DNA of 43,490 nt, filler included, from an uncultured virus (IMG/VR IMGVR_UViG_2576861727_000003) (taxonomy: Duplodnaviria; Heunggongvirae; Uroviricota; Caudoviricetes). It is 2 parts of one record of this genome, joined end to end, with 100 filler letters (N's around TTAATTAATTAA, not from the genome) between each part and the next. Parts side by side here need not be neighbours in the genome. Positions count along the whole stretch, not along the records: positions 22,840 to 43,490 come from IMGVR_UViG_2576861727_000003; 1 more part is not named here. One strand, given 5' to 3'. The position numbers and the translations under genes were made by a program. Positions 37,915-43,490 of the stretch are shown here, piece after piece. The notes beneath the pieces are model-generated. The model searched no databases and was not told where the DNA came from. It worked only from the letters and a program-made list of their open reading frames with translations. Numbering within the stretch: position 1 is the stretch's first letter; every line of letters begins with the position of its first letter.

Positions 37915-38979
37915 ATAGTTTACTTAGACTCAGCAGCGGGAACACAAATGTCTTTACCAGTATTTCAGGAAATTAAGCCGTTTTTAATGGATATTTATGC
38001 AAATCCTAGTAGTTCTTATAGATTTGCAGATATACCAAAGCAAGCAATCAAACTGGCAAGAGAAAGATGTGCAAAAGCCATTAACGCGGAACCTGAGCAA
38101 ATAATATTTACGAGCGGCGCGACTGAGAGTAATAACCTTGTAATGGGGCAAGGTGTGATTATATCGTCTAAGTATGAACATCCATCTATGAAAATTGGTT
38201 TTACGGCGGATGATATACAGCTTGAAATTAATAAACTCCAAAGGATGGGAACAAACAGCATAATCGTGTCGCACCAGTTTGTCAATAATGAAACTGGTAC
38301 AATATTTGATGTTAAGCGATATGCCGACATAGCGCATGCGTCGGGTTGCTTTTTTCATACAGATGCAACACAGGCGTTTTCGCACATTCCGATTGACGTT
38401 AAAGATATTGATTGTGATTTTCTTTCGCTATCGGGACATAAGTTCCATGCGCCGCGTGGTATTGGTCTGCTCTATGTAAAAGCACCCGACAAATTTAATT
38501 CTCCAATTATCGGCGGTGGTCAAGAACGAGGGCTTCGTTCGGGAACAGAGAATACAGCAGGAATTGTTGGATTGGGCAAAGCGATGGAGCTTTACAATTA
38601 TTCACCATTAGCAAACGAAAGAATGAAAACGCTGAAATATACACTGCTCGAACATCTTAAAGCAAAATGTCCTTGTGAGTACCGCATCAATGCAATCGAC
38701 GGACTGCCGACGGTTGACAACATTGTAAATATTTCGTTTAAGAGAATAAATGGTGAGGCATTAGCTCTACTTCTTGATTATCAGGGTTATTGTGTTAGTC
38801 AAGGAAGCGCGTGTCATAGTGCAAGTGCAGAACCCTCAGCGGTCTTAAAAGCGATAAATGTGCCCGAGGATTACATAAGAGGAACGATTCGCGTTTCATT
38901 TAGCAAAGATAATTCGGTAGACGAAGTAATCTCTTTTGTGGATTGCTTAGCAGAAAAGATAAAAGCATTACAGAATTAA
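37915..38979 (+). CDS. iscS: Cysteine desulfurase (IscS/NifS family); start probably ATA 37915 or GTG 37906
   Basis: [39 protein letters not shown] (PLP Lys), RSGTEN, SQGSAC (catalytic Cys). Confidence 0.92.
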   Translation: MVYLDSAAGTQMSLPVFQEIKPFLMDIYANPSSSYRFADIPKQAIKLARERCAKAINAEPEQIIFTSGATESNNLVMGQGVIISSKYEHPSMKIGFTADDIQLEINKLQRMGTNSIIVSHQFVNNETGTIFDVKRYADIAHASGCFFHTDATQAFSHIPIDVKDIDCDFLSLSGHKFHAPRGIGLLYVKAPDKFNSPIIGGGQERGLRSGTENTAGIVGLGKAMELYNYSPLANERMKTLKYTLLEHLKAKCPCEYRINAIDGLPTVDNIVNISFKRINGEALALLLDYQGYCVSQGSACHSASAEPSAVLKAINVPEDYIRGTIRVSFSKDNSVDEVISFVDCLAEKIKALQN

Positions 38980-38998
38980 AGAAATAGGAGACAACATA

Positions 38999-39481
38999 AT
39001 GAAGATAGGAAATATTGAACTGAACGAAGAAAATATGAACGTAGTACACGGTAAGGTTATTAAGATAAAGTATTTTGATAATGAAATAGATAAGGTAGAG
39101 AAGATTTCGGCGGGCGATTGGATAGACCTTAGAGCTGCTGAAACAGTTACGCTTAAAGCGGGGGAGTTCAAACTTATTCCTCTTGGTATCGGTATGAAAC
39201 TACCGAGGGGATACGAAGCACACGTTGTTCCTCGTTCCAGTACCTACAAACACTTTGGAGTTATTATGACTAACTCGACAGGAATTATAGATAACTCTTA
39301 TGCAGGCGATAACGACCAGTGGTTCTTCCCCGCATACGCACTTAGAGATACCACCATTAACAAGAATGATAGGATATGTCAGTTCAGAATTAATGAGGTT
39401 CAGCCGCCTATAAAGTTTATAGAGGTTGAGCATCTGGATGAAGTTGACAGAGGCGGGATTGGATCTACAGGGGTGAATTAA
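38999..39481 (+). CDS. dut: Trimeric dUTPase
   Basis: [29 protein letters not shown]. Confidence 0.93.
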   Translation: MKIGNIELNEENMNVVHGKVIKIKYFDNEIDKVEKISAGDWIDLRAAETVTLKAGEFKLIPLGIGMKLPRGYEAHVVPRSSTYKHFGVIMTNSTGIIDNSYAGDNDQWFFPAYALRDTTINKNDRICQFRINEVQPPIKFIEVEHLDEVDRGGIGSTGVN

Positions 39482-40285
39482 ATGGATTCTTCAATGATAG
39501 ACATACTCCAATCCAAAGCCCCAGATTTAATAGTAGACGGCGTTGAGCTTTACGAAGTTCACCCGTCTCTCGGGCTTTTGCCTGGAAAATATTTTGTTTC
39601 GAGAGATGGACAAGTTTATTCCATCGCTATACATAGATTTCTTAGCGGTACTTCTGATAAGGACGGTTATCAGGTAATGAACCTTAAACGTGCAGACCAC
39701 AGACGCGGCTTAAAAACAGCCGTAGCAAAAGTTGTCTTATGGACTTTCAGAGGTGCGCCGCCCGAGGATATGAAAGTGCCGACGTGTGAACATATAGACG
39801 GCAATCGTACAAACAATAACATTAAAAATCTTAAATGGCTTGAACGTTCAATTAATTGTTCCGTTAGAGTAAATACATTACGTGGTGAAGCTTGTAGGAA
39901 TTCAGTTCTTACCGAGCCACAGGTACATGAAATATGCCGACTTTTGACAATGACAAAGATGTCATATCGTAAAATTGCGCTTAGATTTGGTGTTTCAATT
40001 TACACTATTGTAGATATTCATGACCGTCGTTCTTGGAATCATATTGGTAAAGATTATGATTTTGACCAGAGGAACCGTTTAAAGACAGACCCGCGACTAA
40101 GTGAATATCCAATTATACTTTCGATTAAAGATGTTGAAAAGATACTTAATGTATGTAAAAACACAGTAAAGAAAAAATTGAAATCGAAGCAGATTTACTC
40201 ATACAAGGAAGGTCACTATGTTCGTATTCCTAAAATAGCATTGATTGAATATATGGAACAGAAAGGAATAAAAGTAGATAAATGA
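39482..40285 (+). CDS. HNH homing-endonuclease-like protein with an HTH and a C-terminal excisionase-like HTH domain
   Basis: YFVSRDGQVYS, DKDGY, EHIDGNRTNNNIKNLKW; SYRKIALRFGVS; YPIILSIKDVEKILNV...VRIPKIALIEYM. Confidence 0.8.
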   Translation: MDSSMIDILQSKAPDLIVDGVELYEVHPSLGLLPGKYFVSRDGQVYSIAIHRFLSGTSDKDGYQVMNLKRADHRRGLKTAVAKVVLWTFRGAPPEDMKVPTCEHIDGNRTNNNIKNLKWLERSINCSVRVNTLRGEACRNSVLTEPQVHEICRLLTMTKMSYRKIALRFGVSIYTIVDIHDRRSWNHIGKDYDFDQRNRLKTDPRLSEYPIILSIKDVEKILNVCKNTVKKKLKSKQIYSYKEGHYVRIPKIALIEYMEQKGIKVDK

Positions 40286-40455
40286 TAGTAGTAATAATAA
40301 TAGCAATTATGTTAATATTAGTAATGGCTTTCGAATTGCGAAAGTATAAAATAGCTTGCCGTGTTCTGGAAACGTTCTGTACTGAGAATTTTAGAGCCCC
40401 AACAAGTCAAGAGATTAAGTATTATGTAAAGAAAGTTATGGATGAAAAGAATTAA
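40282..40455 (+). CDS. Small membrane protein (57 aa)
   Basis: ATGA overlap; MIVVIIIAIMLILVMAF. Confidence 0.5.
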   Translation: MIVVIIIAIMLILVMAFELRKYKIACRVLETFCTENFRAPTSQEIKYYVKKVMDEKN

Positions 40456-40470
40456 ATGAATAATATAGTT

Positions 40471-40508
40471 GGCGTACCGTCGGATTCGGCGGTATGCCTA
40501 TTTTTTTT
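40471..40508 (+). terminator. Rho-independent terminator
   Basis: GGCGTACCGTCG / CGGCGGTATGCC stem + T8. Confidence 0.85.
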
Positions 40509-40520
40509 ACCTTTAGAAAG

Positions 40521-40532
40521 GAACAAATGTTC
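40521..40532. promoter_or_regulatory. LexA/SOS-box core overlapping the RBS and abutting the start codon
   Basis: GAAC-AAAT-GTTC directly before ATG 40533. Confidence 0.5.
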
Positions 40533-40757
40533 ATGAAAAAAGAAATAAGAATCCCAGCATATAAGCGCATATGGTGTAAAATAAGATACTATCAGCAACT
40601 AAATGATATAACAAATGAAACCTTAGCAAAATATCTAAATATAAGTGTTAGAACACTGTCTACGTATGATAAAGATGCTAAGAACCTGACGCTTGGCAGT
40701 ATTGATGGCTTTTTATATAATACTGGGCTTAGCTTAGAACAACTTAACACATTATAG
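40533..40757 (+). CDS. XRE-family helix-turn-helix regulator
   Basis: ITNETLAKYLNISVRTLSTYDK; RBS AGAAAGGA. Confidence 0.8.
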   Translation: MKKEIRIPAYKRIWCKIRYYQQLNDITNETLAKYLNISVRTLSTYDKDAKNLTLGSIDGFLYNTGLSLEQLNTL

Positions 40758-40763
40758 TCTACA

Positions 40764-40792
40764 TTGACAATATATAATGAAAGTGATATACT
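40764..40792 (+). promoter_or_regulatory. Sigma-A promoter of the integrase
   Basis: TTGACA, 17 bp, TATACT, with extended -10 TG. Confidence 0.75.
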
Positions 40793-40841
40793 GATTACAT
40801 AGTTTGTGTGTTCGCTTTCGTAATAGAAAGTGGGTAATAAT

Positions 40842-41918
40842 ATGAAAGCAAATAAAACAAAAAGCGGCAATTATCGCGTACAGTTATCAGCGGGCTATGA
40901 CGCAAACGGCAAAAGAATAATCAAGTCGTTTACCGCTCCAGAAGCGTGGCAAGCTATAAAAATGGCGGAAGACTACAAGAAAGGACTGGTGGTAGAACCA
41001 AAGAAAATGACGGTACGTGACGCATTTGAATACTATATCGCCTCCAGAAATAACATTCTTTCACCATCTACGATTAAAGGTTACAACACAATAAAGAACT
41101 CGCGGCTTCAAGCTATTAGAGACTTCCAAATTGATAACCTTAAAACATCAGATGTTCAAATGGCGGTAAATATTGACGCGCAAACATTGTCTCGTAAGTC
41201 GATTAAATCCGCTGTGGCGTTACTCAAAAGCGCATTGTCGTTACAAGAGATAAATATTAATATTGATAAGATTACACTTCCCGCACAAAGACCGAATAAG
41301 AAAGACATTCCACCAGTAGAGAAAGTATTAAATGTTATAATAGGCTCTGACATAGAAATACCGTGTCTGCTGGCAATGTGGTTATCTTTACGCATCAGCG
41401 AAGTGAGAGGATTAAAATTTAAAGATATCTCTGACGACGGTAAGTATATTTCGATAAGACGAACAAAGTTAGCCTTAAATAACGGCGATGTAGTTAGAGA
41501 AATAAACAAGACCGAGGAAAGCACTAGAACTAATCTTTTACCTCAATACCTATACAAAAAGATTATAATACTTCCTCATTCGTCATCAGAGGATTTCATT
41601 GTAAATATTAATTATAGTTCGCTCAGAAGCCGCTTCAAAAACTTAATGAGTAAAAATGGATTGGACATCACGTTCCATTCTCTTCGCCACGAGTTTGCGA
41701 CAACATTAAACGACCTCGGTATTCCATCGGAGTACATTCAAAAGCTCGGTGGGTGGTCAACAGATAACGTTATGAAGTCCGTTTATACTCATACAACAAA
41801 AAGTAAAGAAGAAACTTATCAACAAAATATTAATGATTTCTTTATGGCATTAATAGAGAAAAATGAAAAGGTCGATAATGACCTTTTGAAAAAAGTGACA
41901 GTAAAAAGTGACAGTTAA
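40842..41918 (+). CDS. Phage tyrosine integrase
   Basis: N-terminal arm-binding-like region, LRISEVRGL, FHSLRH, LGGWS, SVYTH; next to tRNA. Confidence 0.95.
   Translation: MKANKTKSGNYRVQLSAGYDANGKRIIKSFTAPEAWQAIKMAEDYKKGLVVEPKKMTVRDAFEYYIASRNNILSPSTIKGYNTIKNSRLQAIRDFQIDNLKTSDVQMAVNIDAQTLSRKSIKSAVALLKSALSLQEININIDKITLPAQRPNKKDIPPVEKVLNVIIGSDIEIPCLLAMWLSLRISEVRGLKFKDISDDGKYISIRRTKLALNNGDVVREINKTEESTRTNLLPQYLYKKIIILPHSSSEDFIVNINYSSLRSRFKNLMSKNGLDITFHSLRHEFATTLNDLGIPSEYIQKLGGWSTDNVMKSVYTHTTKSKEETYQQNINDFFMALIEKNEKVDNDLLKKVTVKSDS
41890..41915. repeat. Tandem 13-bp direct repeat, candidate integrase arm-type sites
   Basis: AAAAAGTGACAGT x2 at the integrase 3' end. Confidence 0.6.
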
Positions 41919-41981
41919 AGAAAAACAAAGTATTTTAGTGTATATTCAATGCAAAATATGCAGTTATTTTGCAACTAGAAA

Positions 41982-42026
41982 TAAACAAAAAGTCCGCAAA
42001 TACGCGTTTAAACGTATCTACGGACT
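41982..42026 (-). terminator. Rho-independent terminator downstream of the tRNA
   Basis: Minus strand AGTCCGTAGATACG / CGTATTTGCGGACT 14-bp stem (two G-U pairs) + TTTTGTTT. Confidence 0.8.
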
Positions 42027-42035
42027 ATACATGGT

Positions 42036-42128
42036 TGGCGGAGAAGGAGGGATTCGAACCCTCGATGAGCTATTAACCCATACACGAGTTCCAGTCGTGC
42101 GCCATAAACCGGGCTAGGCGACTTCTCC
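42036..42128 (-). tRNA. tRNA-Ser (anticodon GGA), prophage attachment site
   Basis: GGAGAAG/CTTCTCC acceptor stem, CACGA-CTGGAAC-TCGTG anticodon arm, long variable arm, GGTTCGAATCC, encoded GCCA end. Confidence 0.96.
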
Positions 42129-42165
42129 ATCGGTTTTTGTTCTCTGTGTTTCTCACAGCTTAATT

Positions 42166-42194
42166 ATTATAGCATATCAAGATGCATTTGTCAA
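42166..42194 (-). promoter_or_regulatory. Sigma-A promoter of the tRNA
   Basis: Minus strand TTGACA, 17 bp, TATAAT. Confidence 0.85.
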
Positions 42195-42318
42195 GTACTT
42201 TTTCAAAAAAATTCTGTTTTTTTGAAATTATTTTTGAAATCAAGGTCCGTGTGTTTTTAAAAATCTCTGAAATGCTGAAATTTCGGGTTATATAATGTTT
42301 TTTTATGAGCAGGGAAGT

Positions 42319-42347
42319 TTGACAAATTTCGTGTGATGTTGTATAAT
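42319..42347 (+). promoter_or_regulatory. Sigma-A promoter of the host gene
   Basis: TTGACA, 17 bp, TATAAT. Confidence 0.8.
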
Positions 42348-42395
42348 TAATAAAAATTTGCCATTGAATGTGCGAAAAATACGGAGGTGTATCGT

Positions 42396-43490
42396 TTGCT
42401 CTGGGTGATTCTGTTTGCTGCGGCGGGTATCGGTGCTTTGCTGGCGTTGATATATCTTGTGACAAGGTTTCACAAATTCGGTTTTATGCAGAAGCTTTCC
42501 GAAAATCGAAAATGGCTATCATGGGGGCTGTCAGCTTTGCCTGTTGCCGGACTTGTAATTGTTACTGTAATCAATTTGTATATTGGTATCATTATCACTC
42601 TCCATCTTGCACTTATCTGGGCGTTGTGTGATCTTGTGACTTTCATTCACCGCAAGCGCAGACATAGCTGGTCTTCACGATATGTGACGGGTGTCGCGGC
42701 AATTATGATAACGGCAGTTTATCTGGGAGCAGGCTGGTTTTTTGCCCATCATGTATTTGAAACGGACTACCGTCTTAAAACAAAAAAGCAGTTAGAACAT
42801 TCGCCGCTTCGTGTTGCTATGTTTGCCGATTCTCATCTGGGCGTCACCCTTGATGGTGAAGAATTTGCTGAACAGATGAAGCGTGTAGATGAACAATCTC
42901 CCGATGTTGTTATAATCGCAGGTGACTTTGTTGACGATGACAGCAAGCGTTCGGATATGGTACTAGCTTGCAGTGCATTGGGGAAAATTGATACTAAATA
43001 CGGCGTGATATATGTAGACGGCAATCACGACAAGGGATACGGCAACGGCAGGGATTTCACCATAGACGACCTTTATACCGAACTTGAAAAGAATGGTGTT
43101 AAAATACTTCGTGACGAAGTTTTTGAAGCAGGTAACGTATATTTCATAGGCAGGAAAGATCATCACGATGAGGATAGGTTATCTGCAAAGCAGCTTATGG
43201 AACAGGCCGATGAAGAAAAGTACACTATTATAATAGATCATCAGCCCAGAGATTATGATGCTGAAGCTGCCGCAGGTGCTGACCTTGTGCTTTCGGGGCA
43301 CACCCATGGCGGGCACATTTTCCCCTCGGGATTTGTGGGGCTGGCTATGGGTTTCAATGATAGGGTCTATGGCAAGGAAGTACGTGGTGATACTACATTT
43401 ATCGTTACATCTGGTATTTCAGGCTGGGCTATACCTTTTAAAACAGGGTGTATCTCTGAGTATGTTATCATTGATATCTATGACAGGTAA
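42396..43490 (+). CDS. Host membrane-anchored metallophosphoesterase (YkuE/YaeI-like); start TTG 42396 or GTG 42387
   Basis: N-terminal TM helices; ADSHLG, AGDFVD, GNHD, DHQP, SGHTHGG. Confidence 0.92.
   Translation: MLWVILFAAAGIGALLALIYLVTRFHKFGFMQKLSENRKWLSWGLSALPVAGLVIVTVINLYIGIIITLHLALIWALCDLVTFIHRKRRHSWSSRYVTGVAAIMITAVYLGAGWFFAHHVFETDYRLKTKKQLEHSPLRVAMFADSHLGVTLDGEEFAEQMKRVDEQSPDVVIIAGDFVDDDSKRSDMVLACSALGKIDTKYGVIYVDGNHDKGYGNGRDFTIDDLYTELEKNGVKILRDEVFEAGNVYFIGRKDHHDEDRLSAKQLMEQADEEKYTIIIDHQPRDYDAEAAAGADLVLSGHTHGGHIFPSGFVGLAMGFNDRVYGKEVRGDTTFIVTSGISGWAIPFKTGCISEYVIIDIYDR

Larger units (their letters stand above)
1..42035 (+). mobile_element. Right arm of a large temperate prophage (SPbeta-like gene content) integrated at the 3' end of tRNA-Ser; left end lies outside the window
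   Basis: Densely packed co-oriented ORFs; phage-type replication, recombination, nucleotide-metabolism and methyltransferase genes; tyrosine integrase next to a tRNA 3' end; ordinary host gene beyond the tRNA. Confidence 0.92.

Noticed and set aside
37915..38979. DndA of a DNA phosphorothioation system
   Set aside because: No dndBCDE or ssp-like genes recognised in the window
471..41524. Numerous minus-strand ORFs in the ORF track
   Set aside because: They lie antisense to well-supported + strand genes and show no recognisable motifs
41908..42465. ORFs 41908-42117 (+) and 42160-42465 (-)
   Set aside because: They overlap the tRNA, its terminator and divergent promoters; no protein features

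Overview
Positions 1 to ~42035 are the right arm of a large temperate Firmicutes (Clostridia-like) prophage. All credible phage genes are on the + strand and no virion genes are visible. The prophage ends at the 3' end of a minus-strand tRNA-Ser(GGA) (42036-42128), next to a tyrosine integrase; a host membrane-anchored metallophosphoesterase follows. Gene order: (i) ~11 kb of short phage ORFs (macrodomain, YopX, DUF551, tandem paralogs); (ii) a putative lysis/lysogeny module: consensus sigma-A promoter with a LexA/SOS box, three small ORFs, a MazF/PemK-family gene whose start is out of frame, then a separately transcribed degenerate tyrosine-recombinase-fold protein resembling the SPbeta repressor MrpR/YopR; (iii) recombination and replication genes (DUF1071/Sak, SSB, HD protein, DnaB, DnaG, PD-(D/E)XK nuclease, DnaE, ERCC4 nuclease); (iv) an HPr-like protein, three DNA methyltransferases, ThyX, PhoH and guanylate kinase; (v) a block behind two NrdR-like boxes with nrdD-nrdG, cysteine desulfurase and dUTPase; (vi) an HNH/Xis-like fusion, an XRE regulator and the integrase. 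The most unusual element is a 301-aa intein in nrdD that begins with Ala and carries a GIY-YIG domain between blocks A and B. Positions 22740-22839 are an artificial assembly spacer. All calls come from motif reading by eye; no database searches were run.
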